From Chlamydiia bacterium (GTDB taxonomy: Bacteria; Chlamydiota; Chlamydiia; Chlamydiales; JAAZZY01): a DNA stretch of 52,648 nucleotides. Both the position numbers and the translations under genes were made by a program. This document shows, piece by piece, positions 12,943-20,634 of the stretch. The stretch spans positions 1 to 52,648 of the forward strand of contig JAAZZY010000001.1 of assembly GCA_014239035.1 (NCBI GenBank). Reading direction: 5' to 3'. Positions within the stretch are counted from its first letter, which is position 1, and each line of letters begins with the position of its first letter. The notes under the pieces are model-generated. The model searched no databases, had not been told where the DNA came from, and was given only the letters and a program-made list of their open reading frames with translations.

Positions 12943-12971
12943 TTTATTCCAGAATAGATTGTTTCTGTCAA
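12943..12971 (-). promoter_or_regulatory. Candidate sigma-70/66-type promoter for infA (TTGACA-N17-AATAAA)
   Basis: On the minus strand there is a perfect -35 TTGACA (12966-12971), a 17-nt spacer and the -10-like AATAAA (12943-12948), about 35 nt upstream of the infA ATG. It overlaps the 10-bp inverted repeat. AT-rich background makes chance matches common. Confidence 0.35.
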
Positions 12972-12978
12972 TCTATTC
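12952..12978. repeat. Perfect 10-bp inverted repeat with a 7-nt spacer in the infA / ClC divergent intergenic region
   Basis: GAATAGATTG (12952-12961), TTTCTGT, CAATCTATTC (12969-12978), read directly from the sequence. Confidence 0.8.
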
Positions 12979-13076
12979 CTCAATTTGAATACTGAAAAAT
13001 TAAAATTTATTTTCCTTAAATTTAATTCTTGATCTTTCTCATGGTTAAATTACTCATTTGCTTCTAAATAAAAAAG

Positions 13077-14441
13077 TTGTATAGACAGTTTGAACCACAA
13101 AGTATGGATATGAGCGAGCAAAAATCAAATAACGAATTTGCACTTAAAGATCGATTAGGTTTCTTTACAGAAACCCATCCTTTCCGCTTATATATAGTAT
13201 CTATACTTGTCGGCCTGATATCAGCTTTTGCAGCAGTTGGATTCATTAGATTCTATCTTTTTTTAAGGAAATTAATTTACCTTACTAAAACCTCTAATTT
13301 TTTGACTATTTCTCAAGACACTTCTATGTGGTATTTCTTTCTTATTTTCATAGTAGGCGGCGCCCTAATTGGCCTATTTGTCTATTACGCCCTTCCCTAC
13401 CATGGTCGTGGCCACGGGATGCCCCATCTGCTCTATGTTTTCAGAAAGCAAGAGCACATTCCTGTTTCAGAAGGTATAGGCTCTTCTATAGCTAGCAGTG
13501 CCTCAATCGCTATGGGAGCATCTGTTGGTCGAGAAGCCCCTTTGATGTTTTTAGCAGGTTCAATTACAAGCTGGGCTTGTAAAATCTTTAAGTTTGATGG
13601 ACATTATTACCGCATTCTTTTCTGCGCAGCTGTTGCGACAGCATTTGCAACTTCAATTCACTCGACATTTGTTGCTATCTTCTTTGTTTTGGAAGTCCTA
13701 GCCTTTTCTTTAACAGCTGTAGACCTTATCCCTATTGCGCTGGCACTTTTTTCAGGAACTATAGTACGAGAGTTTTCCCCTAACATTTTACCCCCAGTTT
13801 TTCTCAAATATTTAGTTGCAGGTAATGTTGATCATATTCTCTACTATGTTGTTCTAGGAATTCTCTGCGGTTTTTTGGCCCTGATCTTTGTGCAAAGCTT
13901 AAAATTTACTGTTGCTGCGCATTTAAATAGTAAACTACCTAAATGGCTATGGCCAGCAATTGGGGGCTTAGCTTTGTCTTTTTTAGCGATCTATGCCCCT
14001 ACTACAATGGGACTGAGCTTTGAAATCCTGCATGACCCCTCTTCTTTGCTCTCTCCTTCTCTAAAAGTGATTGTACTCTTCATTATACTTAAGTTCTTAG
14101 CTACTTATTTATCAGTTGGTTTTGGATTTAGCGGCGGAATCATTACTCCTGTCTTCATAATAGGACTGTTTTTTGGGATTCTCTACGCTATTACTCTAAG
14201 CGCACTCTTTCCTGGAGCCTCTTTCACCTATTCAGCCTATGCGGTTGCTGCAACAGCAGCCTTGACTGGGGCTACAATAGGGGCTCCTCTTGCCTTGACG
14301 ATGGCAACTTTTGAGCTCACCCGAAATATGCCCTTAACAGTAAATGTATTTGCTGGGGTTGTGGTTGCTCAACTTATTATGAAATTTTTTAAAGTCGGCT
14401 CTTTTTACCAAACTCAATACACAGTTGTGTATCAAGATTGA
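13077..14441 (+). CDS. ClC-family voltage-gated chloride channel / Cl-/H+ antiporter
   Basis: 454-aa polytopic protein with ClC selectivity-filter-like motifs GHGMP (GSGIP-like), GREAP (GREGP-like) and GGIITP (GxFxP-like). The longest ORF starts at TTG 13077; the ATGs at 13104 and 13110 are alternative starts. Confidence 0.85.
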   Translation: MYRQFEPQSMDMSEQKSNNEFALKDRLGFFTETHPFRLYIVSILVGLISAFAAVGFIRFYLFLRKLIYLTKTSNFLTISQDTSMWYFFLIFIVGGALIGLFVYYALPYHGRGHGMPHLLYVFRKQEHIPVSEGIGSSIASSASIAMGASVGREAPLMFLAGSITSWACKIFKFDGHYYRILFCAAVATAFATSIHSTFVAIFFVLEVLAFSLTAVDLIPIALALFSGTIVREFSPNILPPVFLKYLVAGNVDHILYYVVLGILCGFLALIFVQSLKFTVAAHLNSKLPKWLWPAIGGLALSFLAIYAPTTMGLSFEILHDPSSLLSPSLKVIVLFIILKFLATYLSVGFGFSGGIITPVFIIGLFFGILYAITLSALFPGASFTYSAYAVAATAALTGATIGAPLALTMATFELTRNMPLTVNVFAGVVVAQLIMKFFKVGSFYQTQYTVVYQD

Positions 14442-14493
14442 AAAATAGTGCTCTATTTGGTACAATGATCTCATAATTTATAACCTTTTTAGG

Positions 14494-14925
14494 ATGATGA
14501 ACTCCTCTTTAGAAACGAAAGAAAATGAGATTATAAGCCTCTTTGCGGATTGCTCAAAGCCAGAAGACGTCTACAATAAGATTATTGAGATTGGACAAGA
14601 AGCACGCAAAGAAAATTTTCCTTACACGGATGAAGCATACCTTGTCCATGGCTGCCAAAGTAAGCTCTACCTCTATACTAAACAAAGTGACGCGAAATTA
14701 TCCTTTAAAGCACACTCAGATGCTCTAATTTCAATGGGCCTAGCGCAGCTTCTAGTTAAATATTTTACTGATGAGAGTGCTGAGACTATTCTTAAAAGCC
14801 CTCCGACATTTTTAGAGAAGCTCAATATCCCAAACTCTCTAACCCCAAGTCGAGCAAACGGACTCTACAACATCCATCTTAGGATGAAGCAAGAGGCACT
14901 TAAGATTTTAGTAGCCTCTACTTAA
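14494..14925 (+). CDS. sufE: SufE-like cysteine desulfuration (sulfur acceptor) protein
   Basis: 143 aa with the SufE pattern EIGQ...HGCQSKLYL...HSDALISMG...LTPSRANGL (active-site Cys in GCQS). Confidence 0.85.
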   Translation: MMNSSLETKENEIISLFADCSKPEDVYNKIIEIGQEARKENFPYTDEAYLVHGCQSKLYLYTKQSDAKLSFKAHSDALISMGLAQLLVKYFTDESAETILKSPPTFLEKLNIPNSLTPSRANGLYNIHLRMKQEALKILVAST

Positions 14926-16138
14926 AGCGCATCACTGTCTCTAAGACAACAACAAATATTGAAAAAATAATAATGATTAGAAGAGTCGGTTTACCACCAG
15001 CGAGTCTTTGCTCTCCTTCTTTTTTGAAAAGGTAACGCCCCCTCCAGACCATCAGAGCAGGGATAATCCCATTTAGAATGGCATCACCATATCCTCCTGT
15101 CGAATCTAGAGCTGCTAGAAAGATATTTGGCACAAAGATAGCAAATATAATGGTGGGAACAAAAACAACAAAGGTAAGCCAGAGTTTGTTCATTCCCCTT
15201 TTGGCTACTTTTAGGCCATCGGCTAAAAAATCATAGAGCCCAAGTGAAATACCCAAAAAGGATGTGACTAGGGCAAAAAAGGAGAAGAAACCCGCTAGAT
15301 AATATACCCAGGGGTTATTGACCACATATTGAAGCGGGCGAGTAACCGGCAGAGCAGCCTGCATAGCAGATCTTAGACCATGCTCGCCTTCAAGCGGTAC
15401 TATACCCAAAATAAGCCAGTCCCAAATTAAATATGCAACTAGCGGAATAGCTGTTCCAAGTATAATGGCCCAACGCAGATACTTTACATTTCCTTTTAAA
15501 TAGGGAGTAAGACTTGGCATCATCGTCTGAAAGCTAAAGCTGGTAAGCAGAATGGGAATGGCTAAAATAGAGCTTCCCCAACGCGAGAGCGTTAAATTGT
15601 GAGTACTGACTTCCTTTGTTCCCAGCATCACTATTCCAAAATAAGATATTACCATCCCGGCTATTAATAGAGAGTTGATTCTCCCAACAGTGTTGGTTCC
15701 TAAATATATGAAGACTCCAAAAAAGAGGCCAAATAATATACAGGCTCCTGTTTTATTGAGAGTGATAGCTCCTGTAAAGCTCACTTCTAATAGAAGGTCT
15801 GAGCCTACAGAGACATAAGCAACGAGTGATGCATAACAAATGTAGAGGTAGAGAACAAGAGTGACCCACTTACCTGCAGAGCCCAAAAGCTCTTGAGCCA
15901 TGGTGATAATATGCTTTCCTGAGCCGAGCCAAATATTAGCTTCTAAAAATAAAAGGCCCGTGCTTGTCATAAACACCCAGCAGACAATAAGCATGACTGA
16001 TGATGGAATAAAACCAGCGAGACCTGTCATTAGAGGTAAGGCAAGCATTCCCCCGCCTATGCACGTTCCAGCAACTAAAAAAATGGCTCCAAATAAGTGG
16101 CCTATATGAACATTATCTTCTACAGATGAATCACTCAT
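14918..16138 (-). CDS. tyrP: Aromatic amino acid permease (TyrP/Mtr/TnaB family)
   Basis: 406 aa, about 11 TM helices. The N-terminus FGAIFLVAGTCIGGGMLALPL matches the Trp/Tyr permease family signature. Its start overlaps the upstream thioesterase stop by 4 nt. Confidence 0.85.
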   Translation of the reverse strand: MSDSSVEDNVHIGHLFGAIFLVAGTCIGGGMLALPLMTGLAGFIPSSVMLIVCWVFMTSTGLLFLEANIWLGSGKHIITMAQELLGSAGKWVTLVLYLYICYASLVAYVSVGSDLLLEVSFTGAITLNKTGACILFGLFFGVFIYLGTNTVGRINSLLIAGMVISYFGIVMLGTKEVSTHNLTLSRWGSSILAIPILLTSFSFQTMMPSLTPYLKGNVKYLRWAIILGTAIPLVAYLIWDWLILGIVPLEGEHGLRSAMQAALPVTRPLQYVVNNPWVYYLAGFFSFFALVTSFLGISLGLYDFLADGLKVAKRGMNKLWLTFVVFVPTIIFAIFVPNIFLAALDSTGGYGDAILNGIIPALMVWRGRYLFKKEGEQRLAGGKPTLLIIIIFSIFVVVLETVMRFK

Positions 16139-16581
16139 TTGATGCCCCTAAGTAGGTTGACAATAGCATCAGGAGTTTTAGATATTTTTCGAGTCGAGTA
16201 GTTGAAAAATGCAATCTTTGTATAAATGGTGCTGACCTTTTTTTGAGATTCTTTCTCAAAAAAATCATAATGCAGCTCACAAGAACATTTGGAGCACTTA
16301 CCAACTAAAAGCTTGCAGACAAGTGTTTGCCCTAAAAAAACTTCTTCATGGTACTCAAGATGTGCCTCTGTAACTAAAAAGCCTGCACCACTGCTATCAA
16401 TGTCTTTTTCACTCCAGCCATGAGATCGAAGCCAGCGCACTCTCACTTCTTGCGCTACAGATAAAAAGCGATCGTTACCAAGGTGCCCTCCATAGTTAAT
16501 GTCAGATACCTGAATTAAAACCTCTGTTTGAAATATTTTTTCTTTTGCTTGCATGACTAAATTTATTGTAGGATCTAGCAT
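16135..16581 (-). CDS. Hotdog-fold acyl-CoA thioesterase (4HBT/YbgC-like)
   Basis: 148 aa. DINYGGHLGNDRFL resembles the catalytic-region pattern of 4HBT thioesterases. Confidence 0.7.
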   Translation of the reverse strand: MLDPTINLVMQAKEKIFQTEVLIQVSDINYGGHLGNDRFLSVAQEVRVRWLRSHGWSEKDIDSSGAGFLVTEAHLEYHEEVFLGQTLVCKLLVGKCSKCSCELHYDFFEKESQKKVSTIYTKIAFFNYSTRKISKTPDAIVNLLRGIK

Positions 16582-16615
16582 GATAGAAAAGAAAAGGTAA
16601 AATTTCTACTTATTT

Positions 16616-17164
16616 ATGATCTGGATAACACTCATAGTTATAACTAGTATTATTTTTATTTTTATTCTAGATAGCCTGCGCTTGAAGATCACCCCTACCC
16701 CCTCTTCAAAAAAAGTTCGCCAAAAAATCTTAGAGATCCTCCCAAAGGGTGTAGATGGCCCTATTTACGAACTTGGTAGTGGGTTTGGGCAAATGACACT
16801 AGACCTAGCAAAACATTTCTCAGGCCACCCTATAAAGAGCTATGAGAGAGCAACTGTGCCCTATCTTGTGCAGCGACTTCTTCTTTTTTTTTATAGACCA
16901 CAAAATGCAAAACTACTTTTTGAAGATTTCATGAAAAAGGATTCTTCAGATGCTGGCCTAATCTTTTGTTATCTATATCGAGAGATTATGCCGCGCCTCG
17001 CTTTGAAAATTGAGAAGAGCACTACAAAAAAAGTATGGGTAATAAGCCACACTTTTGCCATTGAAAATTGGACACCCGTAAAAATCATCTATGCAAATGA
17101 TCTTTATCATACGCCTATTTATCTTTATCAAATTAATCCGAGGACAGAAAAGAGCCCTAATTAA
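16616..17164 (+). CDS. Membrane-anchored class I SAM-dependent methyltransferase-like protein
   Basis: 182 aa with an N-terminal TM helix and the motif-I-like YELGSGFGQMTLDLA. Confidence 0.55.
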   Translation: MIWITLIVITSIIFIFILDSLRLKITPTPSSKKVRQKILEILPKGVDGPIYELGSGFGQMTLDLAKHFSGHPIKSYERATVPYLVQRLLLFFYRPQNAKLLFEDFMKKDSSDAGLIFCYLYREIMPRLALKIEKSTTKKVWVISHTFAIENWTPVKIIYANDLYHTPIYLYQINPRTEKSPN

Positions 17165-17192
17165 AACAAAAGAAAACTAGTATTTGCGATTT

Positions 17193-17972
17193 TTATGAAT
17201 AAGAGTATCTTGAGTAAACTTCATTTACAGCATCCCAGGCACCGTAGATTCCCACTCCAAAGCCAGCCAATGAGGAAACAACTCCTAAGCTAACTACTCC
17301 TCGTACTGGATCATCATCTGGAGCCTTATCAAGTGAAAGAACCTTCGTAACATAAGCCACCCCAATATTGATTACAGCTGAGGATACAGTTAAAGCGATG
17401 CTTTTCCAAGATGAGGTTAAAATATCTCTACTTGATATTCCTTTAAATTTGCTTGTCCTTAGAAGCGCACTTTGTAACCTTGATATTTCTTTAGATAAGT
17501 TTTTGACTTCTGCCTCAAGTCTTGGTTTAGCGAAAAAAAGTCCATACCCGAATCTGCTCTTCTCATATCTCAATTCAGCAGAAGCTTCAGATAGATTTTG
17601 GCGAACAGTAAGTATTCTTCCCTCGAGATCTTCAATTAGCTCCTCGGTATTTCCATCATGAAAATCTGCAATTACCTCCTCGGTATTTCCATCATGAAAA
17701 TCTGCAATAGGAAGCACTCCAAGAACTTCAAAGTCTCTATCACTCAGTATACCCTGACACAGCTCACATTTAGTATAATTTTCATTTCTATACCAGGTTC
17801 TAGCGCATTCTAAGTGCGCTGCTTGGCGAGACTCCTGATCCACAACGAACATCGTGTTTTTCTCTTCTTTCAATTCTGCACCTGGTGTGTGGCAGTAGAA
17901 ACAACGATCACAATCGTCAACCATATTGGGGACTTTATTCATTACTAATAAGTGTGCTCCTTCCAAACTCAT
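17193..17972 (-). CDS. Hypothetical membrane-anchored RING-H2-like zinc-finger protein (candidate Inc-like effector)
   Basis: 259 aa with a Cys/His cluster C21-x2-C24-x2-C27-H28 ... H53-x2-C56-x3-W60 ... C69-x2-C72. This is followed by a duplicated 12-aa unit IADFHDGNTEE[VL], a helical region, and two C-terminal hydrophobic helices separated by the loop SLDKAPDDDPVRG. Confidence 0.6.
   Translation of the reverse strand: MSLEGAHLLVMNKVPNMVDDCDRCFYCHTPGAELKEEKNTMFVVDQESRQAAHLECARTWYRNENYTKCELCQGILSDRDFEVLGVLPIADFHDGNTEEVIADFHDGNTEELIEDLEGRILTVRQNLSEASAELRYEKSRFGYGLFFAKPRLEAEVKNLSKEISRLQSALLRTSKFKGISSRDILTSSWKSIALTVSSAVINIGVAYVTKVLSLDKAPDDDPVRGVVSLGVVSSLAGFGVGIYGAWDAVNEVYSRYSYS
17633..17709 (-). 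repeat. 36-bp tandem direct repeat (about 2.1 copies) inside the RING-like ORF
   Basis: CAATTA[G/C]CTCCTCGGTATTTCCATCATGAAAATCTG occurs twice (17633-17668 and 17669-17704), followed by a partial CAATA. It encodes IADFHDGNTEEV / IADFHDGNTEEL. Confidence 0.85.
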
Positions 17973-18102
17973 AACTAAGCCTCTTAATGTTCTTATCCTA
18001 AGTCAGGTATAGCTTAAATTCACAATAAAATCAAGTAATTATTTAACCATCAAAAAACTAACTATAAGCATCTTAAGTTGAATTCCTAAAATATTCAGAG
18101 AT

Positions 18103-19449
18103 TTAGACGATAAAGCGATCATAAGAGCCATATTTTTCAATGATTTTACCCTTCTGCAGGCTAAATAAGATCATCAAAATAGCTACTCCTAGGCTAATCC
18201 AAGGTCTTCCAGAGCCTGGAGGCGCTGCAAAAGCGATAACATAGACAATAACCCATGCTCCTAAGACAGTGATGAAGAAGCGCACAGCTCGAATTACCTC
18301 AGCTAAAGCGACAAATGAGCTGACGACTGTTAGAGCACCAGTGACATAACAGAAGTCATTAACTAGAGGGGTCATATTGTAGAGCGTTGGTGAAACCATC
18401 AAATAGACACCACAGGCAGCAGTAACTAGTAGGTTCCAGGGAAGGGTTACTCCCCATCTTAAACACGAGAAGATCTGCCCTTTAGAATTTAAGAAACCCG
18501 GGGTCCTTTCATCTTTTGTGGCACCAGAGGGTAGTCCACCTTTCCAAAGAGTGTCCCACCAGCTTCTTCCTTTCTTACATTCAGAAAGAATGTATTGGCA
18601 GACGGCTATCACTTCATTGATAGCAAAGGTAATCATAAACATGCAGCATACAGCTGCAGCAAGACACCAGGTGCACCAGTGACCAACTATAATTGGCTGA
18701 CTACATACCAAAATAATACTTACAACACCAAGCGGCACAACTAGAATACCAAAGCATACGACAAGCCAGGGCATAGTGTACCAGCGGCGCACTCCCCCTT
18801 TAGCTCCAAGTAGAAATTCTAAAGAGTAGGCCATGGCCCCCATTCCTGCATCTGAGATAGGAAAAGACTGAGAGAGTTTTGAAGTGATTACTTTAATGGT
18901 TCCTTCTGCTCCAAAAAATGGGTCCCACATCACATCAATATATCCCAGCTGAAAAGCAGACATGTATCTGGCAAAAAACCAACTAACAACAGCTAAAACC
19001 ATTGTAGGCAATCTTTGAGGCCATGATGATGGATTGTACGTCCAGCCCGGAGGAATTTCAGGACCATCGTGAAGGGCTTCACCAGGAACACCAGGAATCA
19101 AAATAGAAAAAGCAATAATGAGTGACCCAACAAGTGTATCATTTAAATACATAATGCCCATTGGCGCCCAAAAAATAAGTGGGGCAAAGTTTAGCCAAAT
19201 CCCGACAATGGCTAAGCAATATGGAAAGAACTTACTTTTTGGAGAGAAACTAAATAGGGCAAAAAGCAGGACAACAACTCCCATGACCATATCGTTGATC
19301 ATCACCGTCTTACTGTGGCTTAAGTAGTCAAAAGAAATTGGCACAAAAAAGAGCCACAGGCCAAAGAAGACTAAAACAAATCGAGTCCAGATGACCTTTT
19401 CATGATGTTTGACCAGTTGATTGTAAGTTTCTTCTGAAAGATCAGCCAT
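18103..19449 (-). CDS. Cys-rich polytopic membrane protein with a VKOR-like core (in-membrane CxxC)
   Basis: 448 aa, at least 10 predicted TM helices. The central region has VITSKLSQSFPISDAGMGAMAYSLEF (VKOR-like Ser/Gly loop-helix) and HWCTWCL (C259-x2-C262, DNA 18664-18675) at the start of a TM helix. The flanks have SPW-repeat-like helices (FVPISF, NFAPLIFW, MVSPTLY). Assigned from motif memory only. Confidence 0.4.
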   Translation of the reverse strand: MADLSEETYNQLVKHHEKVIWTRFVLVFFGLWLFFVPISFDYLSHSKTVMINDMVMGVVVLLFALFSFSPKSKFFPYCLAIVGIWLNFAPLIFWAPMGIMYLNDTLVGSLIIAFSILIPGVPGEALHDGPEIPPGWTYNPSSWPQRLPTMVLAVVSWFFARYMSAFQLGYIDVMWDPFFGAEGTIKVITSKLSQSFPISDAGMGAMAYSLEFLLGAKGGVRRWYTMPWLVVCFGILVVPLGVVSIILVCSQPIIVGHWCTWCLAAAVCCMFMITFAINEVIAVCQYILSECKKGRSWWDTLWKGGLPSGATKDERTPGFLNSKGQIFSCLRWGVTLPWNLLVTAACGVYLMVSPTLYNMTPLVNDFCYVTGALTVVSSFVALAEVIRAVRFFITVLGAWVIVYVIAFAAPPGSGRPWISLGVAILMILFSLQKGKIIEKYGSYDRFIV

Positions 19450-19460
19450 ATTTGGAGCCT

Positions 19461-20543
19461 TTATTTTTTACCGCATTTTTTTGCGAGCCATTTAGGGGCT
19501 TTAAGCATATTTATTTCATACCACTTAAGGGGATCTTTTTTCATATCCACAATCATTTTAGGTATTTCTTTTTCAACATCATACTTTGGCTGCCAATCTA
19601 AATACTTCTTAGCTTTAGAAATATCTAAAGTCCAGTTGTTGTCAGCAAGATCTATCATCCATGGGCGAATAAAAGTCTCTGGCATCCCAGGCAGCTTCCA
19701 TTGAAGCCAAGCTCCAATTTTTGCAACGATCTTAGGAATTCTCATTGTTGACATTTCGTTTCCATGACAACATTTAGAGATTAGCTTTTGGAGTTGGTCT
19801 GTGCTTAGCGTTTTACCTTCACCAATAAGTAGAGTTAGGTCAGGTGGAAGATCTTTTCTCTTTTCAACAGTGTGCTCTATAACATCTGTTAGATCCGATA
19901 AATGCATGAAAGGTGCTCCAGCTTTCAGGTTTCCAGGAAAAACCTTACTTTGCATTTGCTTTTCATAGATACGTTGGATCTGATTTGAAATAGGAATAGA
20001 ATGACACTCATCATCATAGCATCCTACAATCCTTAAGATGACACTTGGGATATTCCCTCTTTTAGTGTGAATGATCTTCTCTGTTTTAATTTTTGAAATA
20101 GGATAGTCCCAGTTTGCATCAATTGGAGAATCTTCATTAATTTTTTCACCCACTTTACAGGTCGACATTAAAAGCTGCGTGCTTGAGAAAATAAACTGCT
20201 CACATTCAAACTCTTGAAGATGATGCAGCATATGCTCTGATCCCCTTACAGTAATCACATCATATAGCTCTGGGTGATCTCCTGTAAAAGTATAGTAGGC
20301 TGCTAAATGCACCATAGAGATCACTTTATTTCCAAACTTATCTTTAAGCTCCTTGAACCCTTGAGCAATATTTTCCTCAGAAGATAAATCCATTTTTATA
20401 AAATGAAAGTTATCGAATTGTTGCTTTGGAGCCACTAAATCAAATCCTACGACCTGGTATTTTTTGGAAAAGCGTTCGATTGCACGCGATCCAATACGCC
20501 CACTACAACCTGTAATAATAACAACTCCTTCTCCCATATACAT
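19461..20543 (-). CDS. NAD(P)-dependent epimerase/dehydratase-family (extended SDR) oxidoreductase
   Basis: 360 aa with the Rossmann motif ITGCSGRIGS and a YPISK (YxxxK) catalytic motif. Its stop lies 11 nt before the start of the VKOR-like gene. Confidence 0.8.
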   Translation of the reverse strand: MYMGEGVVIITGCSGRIGSRAIERFSKKYQVVGFDLVAPKQQFDNFHFIKMDLSSEENIAQGFKELKDKFGNKVISMVHLAAYYTFTGDHPELYDVITVRGSEHMLHHLQEFECEQFIFSSTQLLMSTCKVGEKINEDSPIDANWDYPISKIKTEKIIHTKRGNIPSVILRIVGCYDDECHSIPISNQIQRIYEKQMQSKVFPGNLKAGAPFMHLSDLTDVIEHTVEKRKDLPPDLTLLIGEGKTLSTDQLQKLISKCCHGNEMSTMRIPKIVAKIGAWLQWKLPGMPETFIRPWMIDLADNNWTLDISKAKKYLDWQPKYDVEKEIPKMIVDMKKDPLKWYEINMLKAPKWLAKKCGKK

Positions 20544-20634
20544 TCCCTCTCTATCGGATATTTCTTAACATAATTTTCTTAATAGAATGCGCGCCATCAA
20601 ATTGCAAGGATAAATATTAGAAAGATCATCCCAT

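Noticed and set aside
12949-12961. CCAGAATAG shared between the infA upstream region and the 3' end of tRNA-Thr (12479-12487), considered as a possible att-type duplicated tRNA end
   Set aside because: The match is only 9 nt, about what chance predicts in 52 kb. It is on the wrong side of the tRNA for a 3'-end integration. No integrase or foreign gene block lies between the copies.
16894-16902. A/T homopolymers of 8-9 nt inside genes (for example T9 at 16894-16902, T9 at 26184-26192, and several in 22140-22510)
   Set aside because: These are expected in an AT-rich genome with many Lys/Phe codons. They are not distinctive, unlike the single C8 tract.
20511-20544. Apparent extra A (possible frameshift) when hand-translating the N-terminus of the SDR gene
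   Set aside because: The ORF-track translation (MYMGEGVVIITG, top coordinate 20543) is internally consistent with frame checks at 20315 and 19461. The discrepancy is most likely my own miscount of an A-run, so I do not report it as a frameshift.
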